This document shows positions 1 to 12,663 of a stretch of DNA of 42,080 bases, in pieces. Position 1 is the stretch's first letter, and every line of letters begins with the position of its first letter. The notes beneath the pieces were generated by a model. The model was given only the letters and a program-made list of their open reading frames with translations. It searched no databases and had not been told where the DNA came from. A program made the translations under genes and the position numbers. This DNA is from Perkinsus chesapeaki ATCC PRA-425 (Eukaryota > Protista > Perkinsozoa). The DNA is taken from positions 1 to 42,080 of the forward strand of contig JAAPAO010000295.1 of NCBI GenBank assembly GCA_013115145.1, in the 5' to 3' direction.

Positions 1-2105
1 TGTGAGGTGCACACTCTAAGGGTCTCCGTAACCGGATTTTCCCCCCACAGGCTGGTAAATGCGTCAAAAAAAATATCTAGTATGGTAGGTCAGACTGACC
101 TGGTCAGTACCACGTTGAATTGGCCGTTTAACAGCCTCAGTTAACTAAGGTGATATATCGTCAATCAAGTACTTGCCGGCGGTTAGTTTATTATTGTCAG
201 GTTTTGGAGAGGAGTATTGAGGTGGATAGCCAAGGATATTAGTTAATAGTATAATGTAACTCCTATGGTTCTGATTCAATGCCACAACTGTCAATACTGT
301 GATACAACGCCACAACTGTTAAGAATGTTAGTGTTCAAATTTAATGATTTAATTTAGTTTCCCTGAGTGTTGAACTCACGACCTTTCGTGGTGTAACACC
401 ACATTCTAACACCGCCACCATAACAGCCGTAAAACGGATTTAGAATGTGGTTTCACTAAAACCAGAAATAGCTAGGAAACCCAAGATGTGGGTTGCATGA
501 CTGCGAAGTGTACGAGCTCTCGTCACGTTATGTTAAGAATATAATGCCCCAAATGCTCAGAATATTGTAACACTGGTTGTGTTGCGAGCTATGAGACAAG
601 TACTGTATCTTAGCTCCTCAAGCTTAATGTAAGCTCCTAGGACTCCTAGGCTAGGAGCTTTCTTGGGAATCCTGTACATTGCCTCTATGCTATAACACTG
701 GTACTCAAACTGCCTGGCTATATCTTCCCGTGATCATGTTCCTCTCAGATACCCAAACTAAACGAGTTTGTGTGTTACAAAGCAATCATCCTCTCTCTCC
801 AATCAAATATTTCGACGATACATTTGACGATATAACACTGTGTCTACATGATGTAGGCTACATCGCAATCTCCTGCAGCAAATACCACAGTTAATACAAG
901 TCTTGTATGTCTGCAAAATGTGTTAAAAACTTCAAAAAACTACCAAGAAACCTTCGTTGAACATGTTCATGCTGTGCTTCGCGAGCCCTGAATGTGCTTG
1001 CGTTGATAGTTGCCTTCTATACTAACCCACCCTCCTTCGACGAGGCAGACGTGTTTTGCTTACTGCGCACGTACTACTTTTTCCTAATGACACACGGCAT
1101 GTATCATGCTCTTCCTATAGCGCTCTCCACGCGAAATTCTGTTGCCTCTGTCTCGCTTATCCACCAGCCTCTGGCCCAAGTTAATCCACGCAATTTCCCT
1201 TCTATGTTACACGAAACAACCAGTGGCATCTGTTATTCGTCGAACTCTACTCATGCAGCCTCTCCGGCCTGTACGGAATCAATCCATGTTACCCAAACAT
1301 AATTATTCTATCATAGAACTTGGTGGAGTCATACGATTGCTATGGATTCCACCATAGTGGTGGAAATGAATTCCATCTTCCTTATCTGTGGCCCTCATTC
1401 GTGCCACGCAATTCGTGGGAGGAATATGCCGGAGTCGACTCGGACCGATATTGTCGGTTATCGGTGTCGTGCTTCTCCTGCGGAAAAATCTCCCCTTTGC
1501 TTCTCACATTCCTGAAAAAAACTACGAGTGGGCATTGAGCGGCTTCGGAACGATCGGCTTCAAGGGGGCAGAACACTGTCCGCATGCTAACTAGCATGGT
1601 GCTAGATATTCCAGGGATATGCTTTCCGGTCCCCGGAAAATGCTACCGTATCACTTTCATATCACTACATATCACTTTCACCGAGTCTGTGTTTGTTTGA
1701 GAATGTTTAGGTATGTTAGCACGTATGTTTAGTTGTTCAGCCGATGTTATAACACTGTGCTGTGTTGCGTTATTTATATCAAGTAACTTATTGACGAATT
1801 AACTCAAGTCATAAAGCTTATCATCGTTGTTTGAAATGTCAACTACAGAAATGGCGACCTCGAATTCACAAGCCACATTTCGAGATGGGAGAGGAACATA
1901 TGTCACCGGGGACATCGAGCAAGCTCGTGAAGGGCCCGACTAATTGAGGGCTATCCCTCCCATTCATTTAGGTGTTTTTGCTCTGTCAATGTTTAATCAG
2001 GTGTAGTTCTTGTTATTACTGTCAATAAACAGGGTGGGGCTGGAGGGATAGGCCTCGGCAACTTGAGCAGTTCTAAACCAAGTCTTTCCGGCATCGCTCT
2101 TTAGA

Positions 2106-4151
2106 ATGGATCCGAAAACAGAAGATTGGGCGGCCAAAATCGCCGAGGCTGTCAAGAAGGGTGTCGCGGAGGCTCTCAACTCTGCTGGATTGTCTGCGCC
2201 CGGCACTTCAAAAGTTGGTGGGGCTGAGCCTAGCACGCCCAGTACCATGGGTCCGTCACCTGCGACTCGCCATCCTCGAGGACAAATGTTGCGCTCTGTT
2301 CCCTACAATAAGGATGATACCAAGTAAGTTATCCTATTGTTAATAACTGTCTACGGCGAAGTAAGCCTCTACAGATCCAAATTTCCCGAAGGCAAGAAAC
2401 AGGACATAATGCCAATCTCGGATTTACGGCCCGGAATGACAGGGTAAGTATGAAATGACAACAATTTACAGGGTGATTCGAGGATTCTGCTTTTCTAATA
2501 ACTTCTCCAGCATGGCGACATATCAATCCGAATTACCCAAATACTCTCAATCTTAAACTTCAAAAATGGTCCATATCATATTCAATAGGTTCACACTACA
2601 GGGTAGGGTTATATCGAAAAGCCCTGTTGCGTTCTACCGTGGGAAGGTTGGCAGACTATTCTCTGTGGAAATCATCGATGTTAAGGGATTCGTCACTAGG
2701 CTTACTTTCTATGACAAGGTGAGTTTCGGCGGCTTATCGGATTCCGGGTCGGCCAGACTGGCCGGGCCAGTGTATCTGCGGGGTATAATGTATAGGTATG
2801 AAATTAAATATAATGGAAAGGTATAAAAATCAATAAAATGTATAGGCACAAAAATAAATACGGATAGGTAAAAAATCCATATACTATACAGCATTCACAG
2901 TATATCGACTCACAGTGAAGGTATGACGTCCATATAATATATAGGTATGGAAAGTAAATATTATGTATAAGCATAAAATCGATATACTGTAAAGGTATAA
3001 AAATCAATATAATGTATGAGCAATTTGTGGTTGCCAGGTGGCCGACAAGTGTATCATCTTACTCGACGTATCCGGAGTCTACACATTTAAAGGCGGTAAA
3101 ACAACGAAGCCAAGCAAGAAGTATAATCCCAACGCAATCGTTGAAGTGAGTTTTGGCATTCAACATCTGCGCATGAAACGGCGCGTAATACATTTTCGCA
3201 ATTTATCGTAGGTGAAATTCATCAACGAAAATGCCCAAGATATCGAGATTAAGCAGATGGACGATGATAGATCAATACCATCATCACCAACTCACCAGTG
3301 ACATCACTCACTTTATAGGTTTGTAATCATCGGTTGTAGGTTCCGCTCGATCCAAGATGCAAGAAAAATGACCGCTGGGTCACTGGTAGATGTCTGCGGA
3401 ATCCTCTTAGAGTGTTCTGAACTAGAAACGGTGAGAAAATTCCTCCATATATTTTATACGCACTTCCTATCAATAGGTCCATATAAGCAAAACGAACGAG
3501 AAAAAGCAGAAACGAAACTTCACGATAATCGACTACAGTGACGTAGTCCAAGAGACAGCGTGGGACGAAAGGTAGAGCTCTCACGGGTTTACCACATTAC
3601 TGAGTATCCCCGCAGAGCCGCTGATTGTATTGTGACGCCCGACATAACGGAGAAGAACGCAGTCATCACATTGAAACAAGTAAATGAGCCTTTAGTCGTA
3701 AAGTCCTTACCAAAATCTCAGGCTAGAGTGGTCGAATTCAACGAACAGACGTTAACCGTTGGTCCGCATACTTTAATACAGGCGAGAGTTCAAGGCCATC
3801 TCACTTCTGACTATTCCCCAGGTCAACCCAAATATCCCCGAGGCCGAGAAGACGCGACAGTGGTGGTGCCAGCAACATAGGACCCCTCTCCAATGCGAAT
3901 GCCACGGTTCTCACGAACAGCACCTGAAAGAAGAAGTTGTTGACTTCGAAAGTAATCCCTGAGCGCGCACATACGGAACGACATAACAAAATTAGTTGCA
4001 GCACGAATTGTTATCGAAAGATTTTTCCCAAGTGTCAATATTGTTGAGTCAGACAATCCTGAGGGGCACAGAAAAATGTAGGAAATTAAATGAGAAATCA
4101 TGAATATTTTGCAGGTTTGCAGACTATACCGACACCTCCCCTCCGAGATAG
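2106..4151 (+). CDS. RPA70-like ssDNA-binding protein (tandem OB folds DBD-A and DBD-B), multi-exon; both ends uncertain
   Basis: Spliced exons read IMPISDLRPGMTG-FTLQGRVISKSPVAFYRGKVGRLFSVEIIDVKGFVTRLTFYDK, VYTFKGGKTTKPSKKY, SLVDVCGILLE, KQKRNFTIIDYSDVVQETAWDE, RVVEFNEQTLTVG and VNPNIPEAEKTRQWW. These are collinear with recalled RPA70 DBD-A/B motifs (GKLFSLELVD, SLVDIIGI, KRNIYLMD, NPDIPEAYKLRGWF). Confidence 0.72.
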
Positions 4152-5271
4152 ATTACGGAAGAGGAAACGCCCAGACTGTACAATTTTGGAGAGAGCCAAA
4201 TTGGTCTTGCAAAATCGAGAATAGCTATTTTGACCAGAATATTGCATGTGATACCCAATTGCCGACAGGGCCATTTTCCGAACGTATACTATGTTTTGTT
4301 ATCTTTAGCTCCGGAAAACTAAATCATCTTATCATGTTTTTGGATTATTTAGATCGGGCTGCGAAGGACATAAACATGCGACCATGATGGCCACTCACTA
4401 TACTCTATGAGTTCTATTAACGTATTGTATGGACTCCTTCGCTTTCCACATTTTCAGAGCTAACATTAACGGAATAATTTTGGCGGGTAAGCTCGAGGAT
4501 ACATAAGACCAGTTGGTCGTTCCATACGAATATATGATGTATTACCTGTATGATGCGGGCTGTGTAGAGCCGTACACCACATACTTAGTTATTCAAGGAC
4601 TGAAATGTTGCGTTTCCAGAGATGATCTGATCTTCTACTACGAACAGATATATCGGAGGACCCGAAAGATCAGGATATAGAACCTACGAATTTGGATCAG
4701 AAACAGAGAAAATTAGGTGCGAAAGACATGGAAAATCTATGCACGGAAAAGCCGTATCCGACACGGTTCCCACACAGGAACGTTTAACGGCAAAACGTGT
4801 ATATAAGCATACAAGGATGCACTCACTAATGGTATATCATACAGGGCGCACGGATATGCTTGTGATTTCCTGTATCAATAAAAAATCCTCACATCGCAAG
4901 CCACAGACGCTTTCTCGATCGCCGCCTGGTGGAAATCACATTGACCAATGTGAGGCTCGATATTAGAGATGAAGCTCATCGGATAGACGGAAGTTGCCTG
5001 AAGATCCAGCGATGATTAGTGACGTCCTGAGACTAAACTTACACATATATCCTACTGACACACACAACATCGTTAGCCTTCGGTGTTCAGTTGTCAGTAA
5101 CCACGCTACAAGTGGTGTGATCGTGAGGCGTGAACCAAGCTGGAATACGACTTAGTCAGCTTTATTCACCATCGGGAAGTGAAAGTAAATTGCGGGACCG
5201 CGCAGAATATTTCGGGCAACGAAAGTCTTTTCTGGGCGCGTGAAGCATTTTCTGGGGCAGGCCAAAGCTTA

Positions 5272-6016
5272 CGGGCTGTTCAGTAAACTTGGCCAAAATA
5301 CATTCCAGAATTGATTCTCAGAATTAATTCTCAGAATCTATTCTTGAATCATGTTCAGAGGAATCCATTCCGAAAAATCTCGGAATGTATTCCGGAATTG
5401 ATTCTGAAACGTGTTCAACAAATTACATTCTCAGAATCCATTCTCAGAATTGATTCCGAGAGAAAAGTTGTTGAAATTCGCCAATCGTACAACGCTACCC
5501 TCCGACTAAATAACTTTACTTCTACTAAGGATCGAACTTACGTGCATCGGCTTGACATTCGTGAATTATACACTAGGCCACGACAGACGCAGCTGGTAGC
5601 ACGGGTCACACAATGTAGCTTAGACGCGAGTGCTGATACTAGAATGTCCAGCTTCCAGTATAGAAGCCATGTAGCCATCGACTAGACAGCGTTAGCGTGT
5701 TCGCTCCCTGTGATGACGTGTCCGTGGACCATTATGAAGCCTGCTTGGATGGTACCCGTGTTTCAGATTCAGCGGAATCGCACCAGTTTCCTAGTGTCAC
5801 GCGCCACAAAATGTTCGGAAGGGATTTTTCTCATTCTGAAATATTGCATTCTGGAAAGAGTTTCAGAATCAATTTTGAAATTCTCTGAACATGTTCAGAA
5901 TGCATTCTGAAACTACTTCTGGAATTGATTCTGGAATCAATTCTCTGAACGCGTTTTTCGCGAAACTCATTCTGGAATCAATTCTGAATTTCAGAATTCG
6001 TTTACTGAACAGCCCG
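5272..6016. mobile_element. Non-autonomous PIF/Harbinger-type (Tourist-like) MITE, 745 bp
   Basis: Perfect 17-bp TIRs CGGGCTGTTCAGTAAAC (5272-5288) and GTTTACTGAACAGCCCG (6000-6016). TTA duplicated on both sides (5269-5271, 6017-6019). Subterminal arrays of ATTC(N1-3)GAAT motifs; no transposase. Confidence 0.85.
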
Positions 6017-6188
6017 TTAGGCCTAGATATTCCAAGCGGCGTCAGGTTTTTGAGGCGTGCGCGAAATACTCTGATCTCTCGCTCGCCATTAAATATTCCC
6101 TGCGCAGTTTGTTGGGGCTGGTCAGTCGGAAATGATTTGACCCGTGTGGCGATAATTTCAATTCAGTTAATAAATATGTTAATTAATA

Positions 6189-8974
6189 ATGCATAAATAT
6201 AAGTTAATTGCAAAGAAAGGTGAAGGTACCTTCAGTGAGGTAATTAACAGCGATGTCTTCCATCGTGTGATACGTTCATCGTAGGTCTTAAAGGCCCAGT
6301 CATTGAAGACAAGTCGACATTATGCTATTAAGTGCATGAAGAACACTTTTGAATCGATCGAACAAGTAGCATTGCATCATCAGCTACGTATCATTCTTGT
6401 GGTCCCCCATAAGGTTAATAATCTGCGTGAGATCCAAGCTCTCCGGCGACTCAGTGGCCATCGGCATATAATTAGATTGCATGAAGTAATGTGCTGTAAT
6501 GGATCAGAGTATTAGATACCATCATTTAGGTACTTTACGATGAGCCATCTGGCCGCTTAGCTCTTGTTATGGAGTTAATGGATATGAACTTGTACCGTCA
6601 TAAGACTTGAGACAGCTATCAGAAGGCTCATTCAGATACGAGGCCATCAAAAACAGGCGGCATCATGTCCCAGAAAGTAAAGCAGCTGCTTGGATGTATC
6701 AGCTGGTAAGCCACTTTGCTATTGCGTTTTATCAAGGTATTTGTCAGATGCTCGCGGTGGACCACATGCACAAGAATGGCATTTTTCATCGGGACATCAA
6801 ACCGGAGAATCTTCTAATCGTAGGTTTAGATGAATCAACGTCGTCTATGCATTCCCATCAGGTTGATGATACATTGAAGCTGGCAGATCTAGGAAGCTGT
6901 CGTGGTGTGTACTCTCGTCAACCCTATACAGAGTAGATGGCCTGTTGAGGAAGTTTGGTTCATTTCCCTATCAGTTACATTAGTACTCGTTGGTATAGGT
7001 CGCCGGAGTGTCTACTAACTGATGGCTACTACACGTAAGATTGCATCGCTCCGCTGTAAATGATTGTTATTTTTACGTCAGATATAAGATGGACATCTGG
7101 GGTGCTGGTTGTGTGTTCTTTGAGGTTATGGCACTTTTCCCTCTGTTTCCTGGCACTGATGAAACTGATCAAATCTCCAAAATCCACGCCATACTAGGTG
7201 CGCGGCGGTTGGTGTCTGGAAAATAGCGATTATTGTTATGTCAAGGCACTCCCCCATCTGATCTATTGGATCGATTCAAGAGGCATGGTCCGGAGTTCAT
7301 GGACTTCAATTTTCCCGAGCAGGCTGGCAGCGGCATAGCGCGGCTTTTGCCCCATGCGTCGGCTGAGCTTATTGTGCTCTTGAAGGAGCTCTTGGCCTAC
7401 AACCCTGGTGAGCAATGGGCACGATTTTCGTGGCGCAGTGACAGGTCATTGTTGTGGCCGCCAGATGACCGCATTACTGCTCATCAAGCCCTTGGCCGCC
7501 CATATTTTGAGAAGAACCGCGACGAGGTGAGAAGGACTGTAGATGAATTGGTTAGATCTGTTCCAGGATCCACACTATATCGATGAGCGCATTGTGCCGA
7601 CGAGAGCCATGAGTGGTCAACCGATGGCTAATATGCCCAGAAGGACTAATAGTGGTATGATGTCTTCGGAGGTCCCAGAGGTACCAACTCTGATAATGCC
7701 GACGCCTGCTGCGACGGCTTTAGGTAAGTAGGGTGTGTTGGCGGTAGTGTAGCGGTTTGTTAGATTTGGATGATGCTCATGCGAATCCAGAGATGACAAC
7801 ACCGAGTCATAGAAGACGGACAGATGAAGAGGAAAAGGGGTGGGTGAAGTTATATCGGATACTGTGTGTCAATTTATGGTGTTCCAGGAAACCAATCAGT
7901 ACTCGAAATGAGGAGAAACATCCTAACGGTGGAGCAGTGGGCTCCGCTACGTAAGGGCGTGGGTTCGATTCTCCGTTCGGTAATCCCTGCTATGTGCCAG
8001 TATCCCTGGAGCCGCTGGTCAATGGCAGCAGGATGCCCCTGAATCGGTCGGCAACGCCGTTAAGGCTCGCAAGTGATAGGGACGTCTCTCATTGGCGTTG
8101 TTATTGTGCTCGCTCAGGAACGTCGAGGGCGGCGTTGTTCCGATGGTTCGACACCCAGCGCCCTTTGATGTTAATCAGTTTGTGGCCGAAAGGGTTATGC
8201 TTCATCCTCAAGAATCGTTGCATAGAATAGAGGAGGGTGATGTGCGTGGAGGCCTACCACCGATTCCAATAGCTAGACTAAAGCAGGCAGCTGCTGCTAC
8301 TGGAGGGCAAGGTAATGGAGGATAATATTGGCAACTGTGATGGCTAGGGTCGACCTTACAAAGATCTGGAGGGTTTTGTCGGAAACTCGATCGCAATTTT
8401 TTTACTATCATATGTTGTCAGACTATATTGTTAATGGTCATTCACTATTAGTCCATTTTCACTATGTCATTTAGAATGCAGCTGTCCTCTTCCTCTTCCT
8501 CCTCAGGATGGCTGGGAGTGAACAACATATCGCAGGCGTACAGCACACACCATCATCCAGCACCCCACAACTCTTCATCAACATTGGGATCAGGGCGTTC
8601 TAACTATTCCTATGGTCCGAATAGAATGGGTGCAACAAGCGGCTCGGCAGTCTTCAAAAGCGCCACTACTAAGCGAGGAGGGAAGGCTGGCGGAAAGGGG
8701 GTGCAGGGTAGGCTTGGATGGATGGTTCATATCGCTGATGCGCGAGGCCTTAGGGAGTCGCAGAGGGAGCCAGTCGAAGCAACAACAACAGCCGCAGCAG
8801 TCGATGATGTCTTCTACAACTTATGGGGGGAAAAATGTGTTTAGAAGGCAACCTCATAATTTATCCTCTCTCATGGGTGGTGGCGGGCCTTCGGGCTCCT
8901 CTATAGGAGCGGGAGGGGGAACGAGTAATAGCAGGGTCAGTGGTGGTGGAATTACGATGGGTGTGGTTCGTTAG
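6189..8974 (+). CDS. MOK: MOK/RAGE-family (MAK-related CMGC) Ser/Thr kinase, multi-exon, long low-complexity C-tail (3' exons less certain)
   Basis: Spliced reading [100 protein letters not shown]. The [19 protein letters not shown] and PYTEY motifs are typical of MOK. Confidence 0.88.
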
Positions 8975-10447
8975 GTAGCAGGAGAAGCGTGGGACAGGAG
9001 AGTAACGGCCGAAGCGACGGTTACAATTCGTGAGACGGTTGCGCATGCGTGCATAATTTTTGTGCGACGTTGTCTCTTAGGTTTATGAGTCACACCTCGG
9101 TGAGTTTTGCTGGCGTAGGGGGAGGAGGGCGTCTTAGCAAACAGCGGAGTTATCGTAGATAAATAGTAAATTGAATAATGGATTTATATAACGACATGAA
9201 TATGTTGTTCATGATACACCAGAGAGTTCCTTGTTGAGTTGAAAAGGAGACCCGGGTTCGAACCGCGGCAAGGACATTTTTGTCCACGTTGTAAGGTTGT
9301 TGAGCCATGCTGTCGTTTTCACCAAAATCGCCCTCGCTGCGGCATTACTGTCGAGCGTTTGGGAGCAGAAGGAGGATGTTGGAGGGTCCACAGCCGGAGA
9401 AACCGAAAACACACAAAGCAGTATTGAGGCTGTCTAATCCGAAGTAATATAGGGATGAGAGAATTGGGGATATATGGCATAGGGTATAGCAACATGCTGT
9501 TTGATGAGAGGGGATGCTGGGATGGGGTAATGTTAGTCGAGAGCCCCAAGTCAGTATTGGGTCGTGGAGAAGAGCTTAATTTTGTTGAGCACGATGAATC
9601 TCCGGTAGGACATGCTTATTATATCATTCTTTAATCCGCGGCTATGGTTGAAAAGACGGTTTGGCAGATCATCATCATCATCGTTATTTCATTGCAGTAC
9701 GTATTTCATTCAGCCCTCTGTCACCTGCGGAGAGGATCAAGAGGGACAGTCGAATAGAAGACCTCAGAGTTCAAGTTAGAACATTATCCCAGGCAGGAGT
9801 TGGTGAAAGGATGCGAGATAAAGAGGTGCCAATAAAGGGGTTCAGCCGCCAACAACCGGATAGGGTGTTTTTAATAGGGTCCTCGAGTGGAGCAGAAGAC
9901 ACTTACTAATAATGTTATTGTTAGGAGGTGAGCCACCGACGATGATGGGATTTAGGTTAATTGTAGTGTCAGGATCAATTTCCCTGAGTCACGGTATATA
10001 GGATATGACGGCCGGCAGTGGTAATAAAGAGGAAGGTGAAGTTGGTTGGGTAGTTGTTTATCTCTCCTCCTCCTCCGCGTGGGTACGCTTCTGATACGGG
10101 ATGGCACCGTGAGTTTTACAGAAAGCGTTTCCCTCTTGACAGATTCTCTATAGCTCGTTAATTTACATCATCATTTTCACCGCTCAAGTTCGATTACTTT
10201 AGGGGAGTACCTTAGACTTGCTTCAACGCTGTTGTCAAGGCTGGCGGGATTGGGCGCTGATGCTGGTCCAGTGAGTGGCTGTTTTTCTCTCTATTAGAGT
10301 TAATAAACGTATGTTTATGCTTTATTATTATATAATACAGAACCTCGTAAAGGACGTACCATAGCCCTTTATATTTTATCAATCATGTTAATTGCCGTGA
10401 TTTCATGTCGATGGATGATGTCAAAATTTCGATATACTGTGTTCCAG

Positions 10448-11881
10448 TTACCCCGGCCATCCCCTCAACTTTGACTGTCTTCGGCCTATTCCCCCTAACT
10501 GCATGAATTCACCATTGGACCGTGCAGTGAGGGAAGTGCCATGGCAGCCCAGAGCTGAGATACTCGATAACCGTGTCATTGAACCTAAGTATATGAGCGA
10601 ATGCAAAGGTAGTAATAAGTGGCCTTGGTGGTGATGGGAAGTGTAAGGCAGGAGGCATGAATGAGTTGTAGAAGTCTCTCGGCGCAGAAAAAGATAATTT
10701 TCATCTTGATCACTCACGTACAGGTACACCACGACAGGAGTATCAGGAGGGCCTATTAGATGGTATAAGGGTACGACAGGTCTTCAATCCCTATGTTAAG
10801 ATGGATAATTATCAAACAAATGTAGGGCGTGGGAATCGAACCTGTGCGGTTTGGAGCGTCACCGCCTTCGGCGTTTCAGATGTACAACTATTGGAGCTCT
10901 CGTGATAATGATTCTTGGGATCCTAGAAAGACCTCGCTGAGGGGTGGAAGGAAAATGTAAGCTCCCATTTACCTGCATACCAGTTAGCAAGCGTCATTGT
11001 GGTATTTGGCGGACTTAGCGGAAAGAGCGGTATGAGAATCTGGACGCAGGTACAACATCCCGGTAGATCTGTTCCCGTATAAGGATGAACTTGGCGAGTG
11101 GCATCCACCAAGAATATCCGGAAGATACGCTGCCGATGTAGCGGCGTTGAGGAAATGCAAGATAGCAAGATTGTTAGGTTCGTAAACAATATTATATTCA
11201 CAGCCTGCCGTGGGTGTGGGATGATGATGCGATGGACGCCGGGAAGAAGCATTTCATGGATCGGGAACCTTTGGGGAACAAGAGATGGTAATGCGGTGGA
11301 TCGATTATAAGCTTCATATAGCATTTAAAAATACAAACGAATCTAGAAAGCGGATAAGTTGAAACTCTTTTTGAAGAGGGTAGTCCCCCTTCTTGAATAG
11401 CTGGTGCTGCTGCTACTCTTATGTGTACGCAATTACAGTATCGATTACGGTGTGGAAAGACCAACTCCTTAACTTTTATGAACGTTAAGGCTGTTGCAGG
11501 GGCTTACCTAGCGGGGATGTGTTAATAAAGAAGATTGATGCCCAAGGTAAAAAATTATATATACCTTTAAACTATGAGTTGCTATCTGTCGAACTGGTAC
11601 ACCCAAAAAGGATATGGAACTGGACGTTAAGCAGCGGGATGCTTGTAGGTTCCGTAGAGAATACAGGAAAGCCAAGACAGCCGAAGCGATGAGGGGTATG
11701 GATGCTTTAGTAGAGGAGTACAGAAAGGAAGCACGAGCAGCCAAACCGTAGGCATTGCTGGGTTATCAGTGGCCCTATATAGTGGCTCAGATATACTTGG
11801 TTTGAAAGGACAGTTCATGAGATAGCTGGTAATCAGATAGCACCTAAATATGTGAGGGTTCGCAAGTTGCCTAAGATGTAG
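10448..11881 (+). CDS. Mitochondrial ribosomal protein mL59 (MRP-L25)-like, multi-exon; 5' exons (10448-11050) uncertain
   Basis: Exons YNIPVDLFPYKDELGEWHPPRISGRYAAD | VRKQYYIHSLPWVWDD..HFMDREPLGNKRW | FRREYRKAKTAEAMRGMDALVEEYRKEARAAKP | YTWFERTVHEIAGNQIAPKYVRVRKLPKM* join in phase through GT-AG introns. WHPP+IS.RY.AD resembles the mL59 motif (family call from memory). Confidence 0.6.
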
Positions 11882-11935
11882 GCCATGTGTGATGTGTTTC
11901 CGTGAAGTGTTACCGTCGAGTTTAAGTTGTTTAAT
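11789..11935 (+). repeat. Direct repeat, left copy (last mL59-like exon plus intergenic); partner 14285-14431
   Basis: 147 bp with 2 mismatches to 14285-14431. Looser homology continues to 12080 / 14591. Confidence 0.95.
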
Positions 11936-11955
11936 CTGATAGCATTGCATTCAGA

Positions 11956-12080
11956 ATGTCTGACGACGGAGCTGCTGCTGCTGGCGACTAGCTTGGTAAG
12001 CTGAAAAGCATTGATTTCGTGTGTTCAGTCAACAACGGGTGGAGTACGATAGACTCTAAAATAGAGTCCGATCCAGGCGT
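11956..12080 (+). pseudogene. Truncated, decayed 5' fragment of UCHL5
   Basis: MSDDGAAAAGD* then NNGWSTIDSKIESDPGV, versus the intact copy [26 protein letters not shown]. The original donor site is deleted, there is an in-frame TAG, and homology ends at 12080. Confidence 0.8.
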
Positions 12081-12663
12081 TCCAACCTGGACAGGTTAGA
12101 TACCTCACTGACTGTTGTTTTTCGTAGTGAAGTAGAATGGCAAGGTGGATGTGCCAGGGAGTTTCACAACGAGTCGTCCCGAAATTCCCGCATATGTAGC
12201 CAACATATGACCTACGTAATGTAGGTCACCTACAGTAGGGGTGAGGAATTACGACCATGTCGAGGTTGAAAGCAAAAGTGTTGTGGCATTCCTGCACACC
12301 TCATGCCGGTCATGCCATAGTATCCCCTGGTCCTTAGTGTGTTGTTATGGACGAGAGCGAAGAGCGAGCTTGAGGTTGAGGGTGAAGGCAGAATTCGCCC
12401 TGTAGATCGTTGTGGAGAACTGGGCAGTTTGCCATTGGTGAACTGGTGTACTCGTCAGCTTCCTAGCAGCCAGAAGGTTAGCATAATAATATGAAATGGT
12501 TACTAACAGGGTGATGACTACGATGATCATCGGATAGGGCGGACTGTTTGCTCTCATTGTCCCCCCACCGCCGCCCCAGCTCTTTTAGGTTGAACTCATA
12601 TGAACTCAAAAGGCCGATGGCTTGTATGGTTTGACATCGATGGCGCCGTGATGAATAAACACC

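Noticed and set aside
2790-3017. AT-rich duplication (27 bp at 2817 and 2991) in an RPA-like intron
   Set aside because: Ordinary low-complexity intronic slippage.
1-5270. Calling this region a Helitron
   Set aside because: No Rep/Helicase ORF and no convincing hairpin + CTRR terminus were found; only the RPA-like gene is suggestive.
6059-6066. E2F-like GCGCGAAA upstream of MOK
   Set aside because: A single 8-mer; no evidence for the factor or for enrichment.
5311-6196. ORFs 5311-5685 and 5891-6196 as proteins
   Set aside because: They are translations of the MITE's subterminal repeats.
9218-9909. Possible plus-strand hypothetical gene (RRPGFEP..CPRCK..)
   Set aside because: Several competing frames and no recognisable family; not supportable as a feature.
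12235-12330. CxxCH / thioredoxin-like VVAFLHTSCRSCH in the cargo
   Set aside because: I could not place it in a phase-consistent gene model; a 5-residue motif arises readily by chance.
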